64,000 nucleotides of DNA from Deltaproteobacteria bacterium. Its GTDB lineage: Bacteria > Myxococcota_A > UBA9160 > UBA6930. The position numbers and the translations under genes are program-made. Shown here piece after piece: positions 27,193 to 36,805 of the stretch (the stretch's first letter is position 1; each line of letters starts with the position of its first letter). The notes beneath the pieces were generated by a model that saw only the letters and a program-made list of their open reading frames with translations, searched no databases and was not told the DNA's origin. The stretch spans positions 65,065 to 129,064 of the forward strand of contig VGRF01000010.1 in NCBI GenBank assembly GCA_016875395.1, written 5' to 3'.

Positions 27193-27918
27193 CTACTCGA
27201 CTCGGTGAATCGCGTCCGCCGGGAGCCGCGCGAGCAGCGAGTCGAGCGCGCGCTGCAGATAGCCTGCGTCGCGCGACTCGAGCGTGAGCAGCACGTGGAA
27301 CATCTCCTCGCCGATCTTCGGGTAGGAGCCGAGCATCAGCTCCGGGAACTCGGCGACGAGGTCGTTGAGCGACTGCGCGATCTCGCTCTCGCGGCGCTTC
27401 ACGAACACGTTCTTCAGCAGCACCGGCACGCCGTGGAAGCGCTCGCGGATCGACTCGAACTTCTTCCGTAACAACTCCGGGATGCCGGGGAAGATGTGCA
27501 CGTTCTTCACGATCACGACGGGGAACCAGAGATCGCCCGCGTCCACCAGCTGCGCGCCCGCCGGCACCATCGCCATCTTGATCTGGCTCGCGTTCGCCGG
27601 CTTGTTCTGGTGGCGCTCGACGCGCGACACCATCGACTCGTTGCGCTCGAGCGGCACGCCGAACGCGAGCGCAACGCCGTCCATCGTCATGTCGTCGTGC
27701 GTCGGCCCGATGCCGCCCGACGTGAACACGATGTCGTAGGCGGCGGAGAGCGTTCGCACCTCGCGCGCGATCAGCTCGATGTCGTCGGGAATCGTGAGAA
27801 TGCGGTGCACGTCGACGCCGAGCACGCGCAGCTCGCGGCACAGGTACGGCGAATTCGTGTCCGTGACTTTGCCGGACAAGACTTCGTTGCCGATCACGAG
27901 AATGGCCGCGGTAGGCAT
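27193..27918 (-). CDS. Molybdopterin-binding (MoCF/CinA N-terminal-like) domain protein
   Basis: AAILVIGNEVLSGKVTDTNSPYL...VFTSGGIGPTHDDMT. Confidence 0.7.
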   Translation of the reverse strand: MPTAAILVIGNEVLSGKVTDTNSPYLCRELRVLGVDVHRILTIPDDIELIAREVRTLSAAYDIVFTSGGIGPTHDDMTMDGVALAFGVPLERNESMVSRVERHQNKPANASQIKMAMVPAGAQLVDAGDLWFPVVIVKNVHIFPGIPELLRKKFESIRERFHGVPVLLKNVFVKRRESEIAQSLNDLVAEFPELMLGSYPKIGEEMFHVLLTLESRDAGYLQRALDSLLARLPADAIHRVE

Positions 27919-28002
27919 CGCGCGAGCTTAAACCGGCGCGCGCGGGCGCGGCGACGGAACCCAGCGAAATCGCGCTCGCGAAAGGCGCCTAAGATCGCGC
28001 GC

Positions 28003-28311
28003 ATGGAGCACACGGTGACGTTCGTGCGGCGCGTCGCGGGGGAGCCCGCGCTCGTGGTCGCGCGCGTGGTCGACGGCACCACGCTGCTCGATGCCGCGCG
28101 CGCGGCGGGGCTCCCGATCGCGAGCGCGTGCTCCGGAGTCGCGCTGTGCGCGCGCTGCGGCCTCAGCGTGCTCGCGGGCGCAGAGGCGCTCGACCCCGAA
28201 CGCGCGGACGAGCGGCGGCAAAAGGAGCGCAATCGCATCCCGGCCGAGCAGCGGCTCGCGTGCCGCGCGGGCGTGCACGGCGAAGTGACGGCGACGGCGG
28301 CGTACTGGTGA
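28003..28311 (+). CDS. 2Fe-2S ferredoxin-like protein
   Basis: Internal ATG (codon 170) of ORF 27496..28311. Cys cluster ACSGVALCARCG...LACRAG. Confidence 0.6.
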   Translation: MEHTVTFVRRVAGEPALVVARVVDGTTLLDAARAAGLPIASACSGVALCARCGLSVLAGAEALDPERADERRQKERNRIPAEQRLACRAGVHGEVTATAAYW

Positions 28312-28691
28312 TGCGCGTGGTGATTCTGCTCGATCACGGCAGCCGCGAGCCCGAGGCGAACGCGCAGCTCGAGGCGCTCGCCGCTCACGTGGCCGCGCGC
28401 CTCGGCGGCGCGCGCGTCGCGACCGCGCACCTCACGCTCGCCGCGCCCTCGCTCGCGGAGGCTGCTGCGGCGTGCGTGCGCGACGGTGCGCGCGAGCTCG
28501 TCGTGCTGCCGTGCTTTCTCGCGCCGGGCCGGCACGTGCGCGAGGACCTGCCGCGCCTCGCCGCGGAGCTGCGCGCCACGCATTCGGGGGTCGAGGTGGT
28601 GCTCGCGGAGCCGCTGGGCGCGCACCCCGCGGTGGCCGACGCGCTGGCGGAGCGCGTGCGCGAGGCACTCCGCGGGCCTGGCTCCCCTTGA
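28311..28691 (+). CDS. CbiX/SirB-type sirohydrochlorin chelatase
   Basis: Internal ATG (codon 62) of ORF 28128..28691, overlapping the ferredoxin stop (TGATG). VILLDHGSREPEAN...VVLPCFLAPGRHVREDLP. Confidence 0.7.
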   Translation: MRVVILLDHGSREPEANAQLEALAAHVAARLGGARVATAHLTLAAPSLAEAAAACVRDGARELVVLPCFLAPGRHVREDLPRLAAELRATHSGVEVVLAEPLGAHPAVADALAERVREALRGPGSP

Positions 28692-28790
28692 CTCCCATGT
28701 CCCCGGCGCGCGGTGTGGGTCTAGGTTTCCCGCGGGTCACTTCTGAGACGAGTTGGAGCAATCTCGTCTAGTTCGTCCTAGAGTGCTGCG

Positions 28791-29432
28791 ATGGCACACC
28801 CGACCCCCCTCGGCGAGCCGCTGCGAGTCGATCGCGCGGAGCGCACGCGCCAACGCCTGCTCGATGCGGCCGCTCAGTGCTTTGCGAACGCGGGCTACTC
28901 GAAGACGACCGTGGAGGAGATCGCCGCCTCGGCGCACGCGTCGAAGGCCGTCGTCTACCACCACTTCCGCGGCAAGGAGTCGATCCTCGAGGCGCTGCTC
29001 GAGCGCACGCTCGCGGATTGGGCACGCGTCTCCGACCTCGACGCCTACCTCGCGCGCGGCGCCGGCCTGCTCGCCGCCTTCGAGCGCTCGCTGCGCGCCT
29101 CGCTCGACTACGCGCGCCGCAGCCCGCTCCTGCGCGCGCTCTTCCAGCTCGATCCGGCGGTCGTGCTCGGCCTCGGCGGCAGCGCCGCGGTGCAGCGCAG
29201 CATGAGCGAGGCGCGCACGCGCCTGGTCGCCGCGGTGCGCGCGGCCATCGCGTCCGGCGAGCTGCGCAGCGACCTCGATCCCGAGTGCGCCGCCGACTTG
29301 TTACGGCTCGTGATGATCGCGCTCTGCGATCACCTGCTCTTCCCGCAGTGGATCGACGCCTCGGACGAGCGCTTCGTCGCCACTTGCGTCGACGTGCTGC
29401 AGCGCGGCCTGCGCGCGGAGGGCGCGCGATGA
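28791..29432 (+). CDS. TetR/AcrR-family regulator of the downstream efflux pump
   Basis: HTH TTVEEIAASAHASKAVVYHHFRGK. Overlaps the MFP start (ATGA). Confidence 0.85.
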   Translation: MAHPTPLGEPLRVDRAERTRQRLLDAAAQCFANAGYSKTTVEEIAASAHASKAVVYHHFRGKESILEALLERTLADWARVSDLDAYLARGAGLLAAFERSLRASLDYARRSPLLRALFQLDPAVVLGLGGSAAVQRSMSEARTRLVAAVRAAIASGELRSDLDPECAADLLRLVMIALCDHLLFPQWIDASDERFVATCVDVLQRGLRAEGAR

Positions 29433-30577
29433 AGGTGCGGATCCTCGTTCTTCTACTCACGGTGGCGCTCGCCGCGTGCGGAGACGATGGGAAGCGCGAG
29501 CACGCGGCGAAGGCGACGGGCGATGTCGCAGCCGCGCCCGCGGGCAGCGCCCAGGCGCCGGCGCGCGTCGAGACCGCAGTCGTCGCGAGCGAGTCCCTGA
29601 CCGCTGTCGTCGCCGCCTCGGGCACGATCGAAGCGAAGCGGCTCACCGAAGTCGGCACCGACGTGCCCGGCACGCTCGACGCGGTATTCGTCGACGTGGG
29701 GCACAGCGTGAAGGCCGGTGCTCCGCTGTTCCGCGTCGACCCGGGTCCGTACGAGATGGCGCTCGCCGAGGCGCGCGCCGGCCTCGCGCTCGCGCGCGCG
29801 GAGAGCGCGAACGCGGCGACCGAGGCGGCGCGCATGGCGAAGCTCGTCGAGGAGAACGCGGCCTCGGTGCAGCGCGCGGACCAGATCCGCACGCAGGCGG
29901 AAGTTGCGGCGGCGCGCGTGGTGCAGGGCGAAGCGCGCGTCGCGCGCGCCGAGCGCGACCTCGCGCGCACGACGGTGCGCGCGCCGTACGCGGGCAGCGT
30001 GGTCGAGCGCCGCGCGCACGAGGGTGCGCTCGCGGGCGCGGCGCCCGTGCTCGTGCTCCAAGAGTCGGGCGCGCTCGAAGCGATCCTCGATGTGCCCGAG
30101 ACGACGCCGATCACCGTGCGCGCCGGCCACGCCGTGCGCCTGTTCGCGCAGGGCGTCGCCGACCCGATCGTCACGGAGGTGACGCGCGTCTCCGAGCGCA
30201 TCGACCCGAGCACGCGCACGTACGAGGTGCGCTGTCTCGTGCGCGACGCGAGCGGCGCGGTGAAGGCGGGCTCCTACGCGCGCGCCGAGATCACCGCCAC
30301 GCGCGAATCGCCGCAGCCCGTCGCGCCGCGCAGCGCCGTCGTCACGCGCGACGGGCGCTCCTACGTGCTGCGCGTCGAACGCGGCGTCGCGCGCGAAGTG
30401 CCGGTGCGCGTGGGCATCGCCACCGAGACGCGAGTGGAGCTGCTCGCCCTCGTCGCGCCCGGCGACGTCGTGGTGCACGGCGAGGCCGCGCAGCGCCTCA
30501 GCGATGGCACGCGCGTCGACGCCGCCGCGCCCGGAGCCGCTGCGCCGGTCGTCGCGCAGAACGAGACGCAGCCGTGA
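29429..30577 (+). CDS. RND efflux pump periplasmic adaptor (MFP/HlyD family), lipoprotein
   Basis: Internal ATG (codon 185) of ORF 28877..30577. Signal/lipobox LTVALAAC, coiled-coil hairpin, and TVRAPYAGSVVER beta-barrel motif. Confidence 0.85.
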   Translation: MKVRILVLLLTVALAACGDDGKREHAAKATGDVAAAPAGSAQAPARVETAVVASESLTAVVAASGTIEAKRLTEVGTDVPGTLDAVFVDVGHSVKAGAPLFRVDPGPYEMALAEARAGLALARAESANAATEAARMAKLVEENAASVQRADQIRTQAEVAAARVVQGEARVARAERDLARTTVRAPYAGSVVERRAHEGALAGAAPVLVLQESGALEAILDVPETTPITVRAGHAVRLFAQGVADPIVTEVTRVSERIDPSTRTYEVRCLVRDASGAVKAGSYARAEITATRESPQPVAPRSAVVTRDGRSYVLRVERGVAREVPVRVGIATETRVELLALVAPGDVVVHGEAAQRLSDGTRVDAAAPGAAAPVVAQNETQP

Positions 30578-33500
30578 GGATCGCGGACATCTCGATCGAG
30601 CGGCCGGTGTTCGCCGCGATGCTGAACCTCGGCCTCGTCGTGTTGGGGCTGATCTCGCTCTCGCGCCTCGAGCTGAAGCTCGAGCCCGACATCGACTTCC
30701 CGTTCGCGAACGTGGTCACCGAGCTGCGCGGCGCATCGCCGGAAACCGTCGAGCGCGAAGTCACCGACGTGCTCGAGGAGCAGCTCAACGCGATCGAGGG
30801 CGTGAAGGAGATCAACTCCACCTCGGAGCAAGGTCTCTCGCAGGTCCACGTCGAGTTTCGGCTCGGCTACGACATCGACACGAAGGTTCAGGAGATCCGC
30901 GACAAGGTCGCGCTCGCCCGGCCCGAGCTGCCCGTCGACGTCGAGGATCCGATCGTCCAGAAGTTCGATCTCTCGGCGATCGAGTTCATGACGCTCGTGC
31001 TGGGCGGGCCGATCGGGCAGCGCGAGCTAACGGATTTCGCCGAGAACACGGTGAAGGAGCGGCTCGAGCGCATTCCCGGCGTCGGCGGCGTGCGCATTCG
31101 CGGCGGGCGCGAGCGCGAAGTCCGCGTGTGGCTCGATCCGCTGAAGCTCGCGGGCTACGGCCTCGCGATCGAGGATGTCGCGACCACGCTGCGGCTCGAG
31201 AACGCGGAGCTCGCGAGCGGGCGCATCGAGGGCGCGGCGCGCGAGTGGTCCGTAACGACTCAGGGCAAGGCGCGCACGGTCGACGAGTTCGGCGCGCTGA
31301 TCATCGCCGAGCGCGCTGGCCGCCCGATCCAGCTGCGCGACGTCGCTCTGGTCGAAGACGGCATGGCGGAGGAACGCAGCGTCGCGCGTGTGAATGGCGA
31401 GCCCGGCGTCTCGATCGACATTCAGCAGCAGAGCGGATCCGACCTCGTGCTGGCCGCGCGGCTCGTGCGCAAGGAGCTCGAGAGCATTCGCGCCGTGGCG
31501 CCGCCGGGCGTCGAAGTGAGCGTGCTGCGCGACTACGCGCGCATCGTCGAGGACCAGATCTCCTCCGTGCTGCTCGACATGCTGCTCGCCGCCGCGCTGG
31601 TCGTCGCCGTCGTACTGATCTTCATGCGCAACTGGCGCTCCACGCTGATCGCGTCCCTCGCGATCCCCGCGAGCGTGATCGCGAGCTTCACCGTCCTGTA
31701 CGCCACCGGTCTCTCGCTCAACAACATGACGCTGATGGCGCTCTCGCTCGCGGTCGGCCTCGTGATCGACGACGCGATCGTCGTGCTCGAATCGATCTTC
31801 CGCCGCGTCGAGCACGGCGAGGATTCGAAGAGTGCGGCGCTCACGGGCACGCGCGAAGTCGCGCTCGCGGTGATCTCGACCACGCTCGCCGTGTGCGGCG
31901 TGTTCGTTCCGGTGCTCTTCATGACGAGCACGATGGGCCGCTACTTCCTCGAGTTCGCGGTCTCGGTGACGGTCGCGGTGCTGATGTCCGCGCTCGTCGC
32001 GCTCACGCTCACGCCCATGCTCGCGAGCAAGGTGCTGCGCCAAACGCCGAAGGAGAGCGCGTTGTTCCTCGCGTGCGAACGCATGCTGCGGTGGCTGGAG
32101 CGCGGCTACGCGCGCGTGCTCGGTTGGTCGCTGCAGCACAAGCTCGCGACGGTGGCGATCGCGCTCGTCACCGTGTTCAGCGGCTGCGGCGTGTTCAGCA
32201 CGCTGCCGACGAACTACTTCACGCAGGACGATCTCGGCGAAGCGTTCGTGACGGCGAAGCTGCCGATCGGCACTCCGCTCTCGGTGACGGACGCGACGCT
32301 GCGCGCGATGGAGGCGGCGGTCGAGTCGCATCCCTACGTGGTGACGACGTTCGCGACGGCGGGCGACGAGCTGCAGTACCAGCCGCACAGAGCGCGCATG
32401 AACTTGTTACTGACCGAGAAGACCGAGCGCGACGTCCCGATCGCCGAGACCTTCGAGGAGATTCGGCAGCGCGTCGCCGCGGTGCTGCCGCCGGGCACCG
32501 AGATCGGCGTGTCGCACCCGATGTACGCGAGCTCGAGCGGCGAGGGCTACAACGACCTCGCCTACTCGGTGCAGGGCCCCGACCTCGAGCAGATCGCGCG
32601 CTACGCGACTGCGATTCGCGCAAAGATGGAGGCGGATCCGGACTTCATCGACGTGCGCTGGTCGCACGAGACGGGCCGCCCACAGATCACGCTCGACATC
32701 GATCGCGGGCGCGCCGCGGACATCGGCGTCTCCTCCGTCGCGCTCGGCCGAACGCTGCGCACGCTGCTCGCAGGTGAGGAGGTCGGCTCGTTCGAGGACC
32801 GCGGCGAGCGCTACGACGTGCGCGTGCAAGTGCTGCCCGAGTACCGCGACGATCCGAGCAAGCTCGACTTGATCCGTGTGCGCTCGATGCGCGGAGAGCT
32901 CGTGCCGATCACCAGCGCGGCGATCGTGCGAAGCGAGAGCGGCGCGGTCGAAGTGCGCCGCCACAACCGCGCGCGCATGATCCGCATCTACTCGAGCAAG
33001 GCCCCAGACACTTCGCTCGACGCCGCGATGCGGAAGATCGAGCAGTTCGGCAAAGAAGTGGGCGTCGCGCCGCCCTACTCGCTCGATGCCGGCGGGGCCG
33101 CCGAATCGCAAGCGGAGTCCGCCGCCGACCTCGGTTTCGCGCTCGTGCTCGCGATGATCTCGATCTACATGATCCTCGCGTCGCTGTTCAACTCGGTGAC
33201 GCATCCGCTCACGATCATGACCTCGGCGCCGCTCTCGTTCGTCGGCGGCTTCTTCGCGCTGAAAGTCAGCGGCATGTCCTTCGACATCATGGGCGCGATG
33301 GGCCTGCTCGTGCTGATGGGCCTCGTGATGAAGAACGGCATCCTGCTCGTCGACTACACGAACCAGCTGCGCGGCGAAGGCATGTCACGCGACGAAGCCA
33401 TCTTGCGCGCCGGCCCCGTGCGCATGCGCCCGGTCCTCATGACCAGCGCCGCGCTCGTGCTGGGCCTGTTGCCGATGGCGCTCTCGAACGCGACCGGCGC

Positions 33501-33696
33501 CGAGTTCCGCGCACCGATGGCCGTGATCGTGATCGGCGGGCTCGCCACTTCCACCGCGCTCACGCTGATGGTGGTGCCCGTGTTCTACGCGCTCATCGAC
33601 GGCATGAGCGCGCGCGTGCGCGGCTCGATCTCGCGAGCGCGCGCGTCGCTGCGCGGCCGCGACGAGGAGCGCGCGCGCCTCGACGTCTCGCCCTGA
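30574..33696 (+). CDS. RND efflux transporter permease (AcrB/HAE1 type)
   Basis: GTG at 30574 overlaps the MFP stop. IERPVFAAMLNLGLVVLG, 12 TM helices, two large loops, about 1040 aa. Confidence 0.9.
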   Translation: MRIADISIERPVFAAMLNLGLVVLGLISLSRLELKLEPDIDFPFANVVTELRGASPETVEREVTDVLEEQLNAIEGVKEINSTSEQGLSQVHVEFRLGYDIDTKVQEIRDKVALARPELPVDVEDPIVQKFDLSAIEFMTLVLGGPIGQRELTDFAENTVKERLERIPGVGGVRIRGGREREVRVWLDPLKLAGYGLAIEDVATTLRLENAELASGRIEGAAREWSVTTQGKARTVDEFGALIIAERAGRPIQLRDVALVEDGMAEERSVARVNGEPGVSIDIQQQSGSDLVLAARLVRKELESIRAVAPPGVEVSVLRDYARIVEDQISSVLLDMLLAAALVVAVVLIFMRNWRSTLIASLAIPASVIASFTVLYATGLSLNNMTLMALSLAVGLVIDDAIVVLESIFRRVEHGEDSKSAALTGTREVALAVISTTLAVCGVFVPVLFMTSTMGRYFLEFAVSVTVAVLMSALVALTLTPMLASKVLRQTPKESALFLACERMLRWLERGYARVLGWSLQHKLATVAIALVTVFSGCGVFSTLPTNYFTQDDLGEAFVTAKLPIGTPLSVTDATLRAMEAAVESHPYVVTTFATAGDELQYQPHRARMNLLLTEKTERDVPIAETFEEIRQRVAAVLPPGTEIGVSHPMYASSSGEGYNDLAYSVQGPDLEQIARYATAIRAKMEADPDFIDVRWSHETGRPQITLDIDRGRAADIGVSSVALGRTLRTLLAGEEVGSFEDRGERYDVRVQVLPEYRDDPSKLDLIRVRSMRGELVPITSAAIVRSESGAVEVRRHNRARMIRIYSSKAPDTSLDAAMRKIEQFGKEVGVAPPYSLDAGGAAESQAESAADLGFALVLAMISIYMILASLFNSVTHPLTIMTSAPLSFVGGFFALKVSGMSFDIMGAMGLLVLMGLVMKNGILLVDYTNQLRGEGMSRDEAILRAGPVRMRPVLMTSAALVLGLLPMALSNATGAEFRAPMAVIVIGGLATSTALTLMVVPVFYALIDGMSARVRGSISRARASLRGRDEERARLDVSP

Positions 33697-33714
33697 AGCT
33701 CGAGGAGAGTCGCC

Positions 33715-34407
33715 GTGGAGAAAGTCGTCTACGTGTTGTGGAAGCGTGGCGAAGAGCCGAACGAAGCGTTCAAGCAGCGCTTGTTGGGCGAGACGGGCCC
33801 GCGCCTGCTCGCGCTCGACGTCGAGCGCGTGCAGATCTCGATCGTGGATGACGACGTCGCCGCGGGCGAGAAGCTCCGGCTCGGGAAGATGTCGCCGCCG
33901 AAGGCCGCCTTCGCATCGTTCTGGATCGAGCAGTCGCAAGACCGCGCGCCGGTGGAGCGCGTGCTCGCGGGCACCTGCGGCGCATTCGCGGGCTACCTCG
34001 TCGTCGAGTCGCGCCCGCTCGTGAACCGCAGCGCGCGCGCCGGCGCGCGCACGCCGGGCTTCGCGCTCGTCACGTGCATCGAGCCTGCAGACGGCCTCCC
34101 GTACGCCGAGTTCCTGCGCATCTGGCACGAGCAGCAGCGCGCCTGCGCGATCGAGACGCAGAGCACGTTCGGCTACGTGCGCAACGAGATCGTGCGAGCG
34201 CTCACGTCGAACGCGCCGAGCTGGGCGGCGATCGTCGAGGAGAATTTTCCGATCGCCGCGCTGAACGACCCCGCCGCGTTCTACGACGCGGTGGGCGATC
34301 CGGCGAAGCTGAAGCGCAACCTGAAGCGCATGATCGACACTTGTCAGGGATTCCTCGCGCAGGAGCGCGTCGAGTCGCACCCGATGAGCGAGTACGTGCT
34401 CTCGTGA
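33715..34407 (+). CDS. Hypothetical protein (possibly tandem EthD-like alpha/beta-barrel)
   Basis: 230-aa ORF with normal amino-acid composition. GTG start. I made no firm motif match. Confidence 0.45.
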   Translation: MEKVVYVLWKRGEEPNEAFKQRLLGETGPRLLALDVERVQISIVDDDVAAGEKLRLGKMSPPKAAFASFWIEQSQDRAPVERVLAGTCGAFAGYLVVESRPLVNRSARAGARTPGFALVTCIEPADGLPYAEFLRIWHEQQRACAIETQSTFGYVRNEIVRALTSNAPSWAAIVEENFPIAALNDPAAFYDAVGDPAKLKRNLKRMIDTCQGFLAQERVESHPMSEYVLS

Positions 34408-34688
34408 TGCGCCTCGTGCTGATCGCGCTCGCGGTGCTCATCGCGCTGCGCATCCTCGCGCGCTTCGCGGCGCGCGAGATCCCGCTCGCGAAGGAGCGCG
34501 ACCCCGAGCGCCCGCGGCCGACGCTCAGCCCCGCGCAGCGCGCCGAGCTCGAGGCGGCACGCGAGCAGGCGCTGCGCGAGGGGCGTCAGATCGACGCGAT
34601 CAAGATCCATCGCGAGCTGACCGGCCTCGGGCTCGCGCAGGCGAAGGACGAGATGGACGAAGCGCGGCGAGACCGCGGCGGGAGCTGA
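34407..34688 (+). CDS. Small membrane-anchored protein with a bL12 (L7/L12) C-terminal-like segment
   Basis: Internal ATG (codon 112) of ORF 34074..34688, overlapping the upstream stop (TGATG). N-terminal TM helix MRLVLIALAVLIALRIL. C-terminus IDAIKIHRELTGLGLAQAKDEMDEA resembles the bL12 helix ..IREVTGLGLKEAKDLV. Confidence 0.5.
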   Translation: MRLVLIALAVLIALRILARFAAREIPLAKERDPERPRPTLSPAQRAELEAAREQALREGRQIDAIKIHRELTGLGLAQAKDEMDEARRDRGGS

Positions 34689-34697
34689 CTTCGCGCA

Positions 34698-34735
34698 CCT
34701 TGAAAATCGAAAGGCAGACTTTCTATTTTCAAGGT
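34698..34735. repeat. 38-bp AT-rich palindromic element, copy A
   Basis: CCTTGAAAATCGAAAGGCAGACTTTCTATTTTCAAGGT. 16-bp arms with one mismatch. Lies 12 nt upstream of the ATPase GTG. Confidence 0.9.
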
Positions 34736-34746
34736 AGGCTCGGCGC

Positions 34747-35934
34747 GTGATCGAACGCCCTCGCCTCCTGCGCGAGCTGCAGACGGCGCTGCGCCGCAGC
34801 CCCGTCGTGGCGCTCGTGGGCCCGCGCCAGTGCGGCAAGACGACGCTCGCGCGCACGCTCGTTCCGCCCGGCTCGCCTCGCTACTTCGACCTGGAGGATC
34901 CCGCGAGCCTCGCGAGCCTCGCCGAGCCGATTACCACGCTGCGTGAGCTGCGCGGCCTGGTCGTCGTCGACGAAGTGCAGCGGCGCCCCGACCTGTTTCC
35001 GGTGCTGCGCGTGCTGGCGGATCGACGCCCGCTCCGCGCGCGCTTTCTGATTCTCGGCAGCGCCTCGCCCGAGTTGTTGCGGCAATCCTCCGAGACACTC
35101 GCGGGACGCATCGAAGTGCTGACGATCGGAGGCTTCGATCTCTCGGAAGTGGGTGAGGACTCGCTCACGCGGCACTGGCGACGCGGCGGCTTCCCTCAGT
35201 CGTTCCTCGCGCGCAGCGAGGGCGACAGCTTCCAGTGGCGAAAGCAGTTCATTCAGACTTTTCTCGAGCGCGACCTCCCGCAGCTCGGCGTGCGCATCCC
35301 GCCGCAGGCGCTGCATCGCTTCTGGGCGATGCTCGCTCACTTCCACGGAAACGTGTGGAACGGCGCCGAGCTCGCACGCTCGCTCGCGTTGAGCCAGCCG
35401 ACCGTGCGCCAGTACCTCGACCTGATGACTGGCCTGTTCATGGTGCGGCAGCTCCTGCCTTGGCACGAGAACCTCGGCAAGCGCCAGGTGAAGGCGCCGA
35501 AGGTGTACGTGCGCGACGCCGGGCTCCTGCACCAACTGCTCGGCATCGCGAGCGACCGCGACCTGCAACGCCACCCCAAGCTCGGCGCGTCGTTCGAGGG
35601 CTACGCGATCGAGGAAGTGCTGCGGGCGGTGAGTCCTGCGCAAGCCTATTTCTGGGCCACGCATTCCGGCGCCGAGCTCGACTTGCTGCTCGTGAAGGGC
35701 GGGCGACGATTCGGCGTCGAGGTGAAGCACGCCGACGCGCCGCGCATCACGCCATCGATGCGCACCGCGATCGACGACCTCGGCCTCGAGCGCGTGACGG
35801 TGATCTATCCCGGCGAGCGCGCCTACGCCCTGTCAGACCGTGTGCACGTGCTCCCGGTCGGCGCTCTTGCCGACGGCGGCGCTACGCAGATCACGAAGTC
35901 CGCCAGGGCGCGTCAGGCGAAACGGAGACCTTGA
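34747..35934 (+). CDS. AAA+ ATPase with C-terminal DUF4143 domain (COG1373-type)
   Basis: Walker A LVGPRQCGKTTL and Walker B VVVDEVQ. The DUF4143-like region reads FLERDL...FWAMLAHFHGNVWNGAELARSL. GTG start. Confidence 0.8.
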   Translation: MIERPRLLRELQTALRRSPVVALVGPRQCGKTTLARTLVPPGSPRYFDLEDPASLASLAEPITTLRELRGLVVVDEVQRRPDLFPVLRVLADRRPLRARFLILGSASPELLRQSSETLAGRIEVLTIGGFDLSEVGEDSLTRHWRRGGFPQSFLARSEGDSFQWRKQFIQTFLERDLPQLGVRIPPQALHRFWAMLAHFHGNVWNGAELARSLALSQPTVRQYLDLMTGLFMVRQLLPWHENLGKRQVKAPKVYVRDAGLLHQLLGIASDRDLQRHPKLGASFEGYAIEEVLRAVSPAQAYFWATHSGAELDLLLVKGGRRFGVEVKHADAPRITPSMRTAIDDLGLERVTVIYPGERAYALSDRVHVLPVGALADGGATQITKSARARQAKRRP

Positions 35935-35966
35935 AAATCGAAAGGCAGACTTTCGATTTTCAAGGT
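35929..35966. repeat. 38-bp AT-rich palindromic element, copy B (perfect hairpin); contains the stop codons of both convergent genes
   Basis: CCTTGAAAATCGAAAGGCAGACTTTCGATTTTCAAGGT. The ATPase ends ...CCT TGA in the left arm and murI ends ...CCT TGA in the right arm on the other strand. Confidence 0.9.
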
Positions 35967-36805
35967 GCTGCCCGCTCGAAGCGCGGCGCCTCGGGCCAGA
36001 ACACTGCCGCGGTGCGCGAGACGTGCGCCGGATCGCCCGTCGTCAGCAGCCGCACTCCGGGCGCTCCGTTCGCGGCGTATTCGGGATGTCGCGCGAGGTA
36101 GTCCTCGAAGCTGTCCGCCACGACCTCGGGTTGCGAGAGGATGCGCACGCCGGCCGGCAGCTTCGCTGCGAACACGTCCTCGACCAGCGAGAAGTGCGTG
36201 CAGCCGAGAATCGCGCGATCGGGTTTGCCGCCACCGAGCTGCGCGGTCATCGCCTTCACCGCGTTCGCGACGATTGCCTCGAGCTCGGCGCGCGGCTGCG
36301 CGTTCTCGATCGCGGCGGCGAGCTCCGAGCACGGCTGCAGCACGATGCGCACGCGTGGACAGCGCTTGAAGATCTCCTCCGCGTACACGCCCGACGCGAT
36401 CGTGCGCGTGGTGCCGAACACCGCGATCACGTCGCGGTTGTTCTTCTGCGGATACTGCGGAGTCGTTACGGCCCACGGCGTCTGCGTCGCCGCCTCGACC
36501 GTCGGCGCCACGATGCCGACCACGTTGCGCCCCGCGTAGCCCGAGCCCGGCAGCCACTTGCGCTGCAGCGTGCGCAGCGCGACCGCCGTGGCGGTGTTGC
36601 AGCCGAGCACGACGAGCTTCGCGCCGAGCGCGAAGAGCCGCGCGACGCCGGCCTGCGTGAACGCGACGATCTCCGCCGACGCGCGATCGCCGTAGGGCGC
36701 GTTGGCGTGATCCCCGAGGTAGAGAAACGCCTGCTGCGGGAAGCGCGAAGAAAGCGCGCGCAGAACTGTTAGGCCGCCGAGCCCGGAGTCGAAGACGCCG
36801 ATCAT
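35960..36805 (-). CDS. murI: Glutamate racemase
   Basis: VFDSGLGGLTV, LVVLGCNTAT and ILGCTHF, with both catalytic Cys motifs. Confidence 0.9.
   Translation of the reverse strand: MIGVFDSGLGGLTVLRALSSRFPQQAFLYLGDHANAPYGDRASAEIVAFTQAGVARLFALGAKLVVLGCNTATAVALRTLQRKWLPGSGYAGRNVVGIVAPTVEAATQTPWAVTTPQYPQKNNRDVIAVFGTTRTIASGVYAEEIFKRCPRVRIVLQPCSELAAAIENAQPRAELEAIVANAVKAMTAQLGGGKPDRAILGCTHFSLVEDVFAAKLPAGVRILSQPEVVADSFEDYLARHPEYAANGAPGVRLLTTGDPAHVSRTAAVFWPEAPRFERAAP

Noticed and set aside
28735-28790. Short palindromes (GAGACGAG-N10-CTCGTCT; TCTAG-N6-CTAGA) upstream of the efflux-pump TetR as operator calls
   Set aside because: They are plausible autoregulatory operators, but the arms are only 5-8 bp and I have no second copy or comparative support. 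That is too weak to report as a feature.
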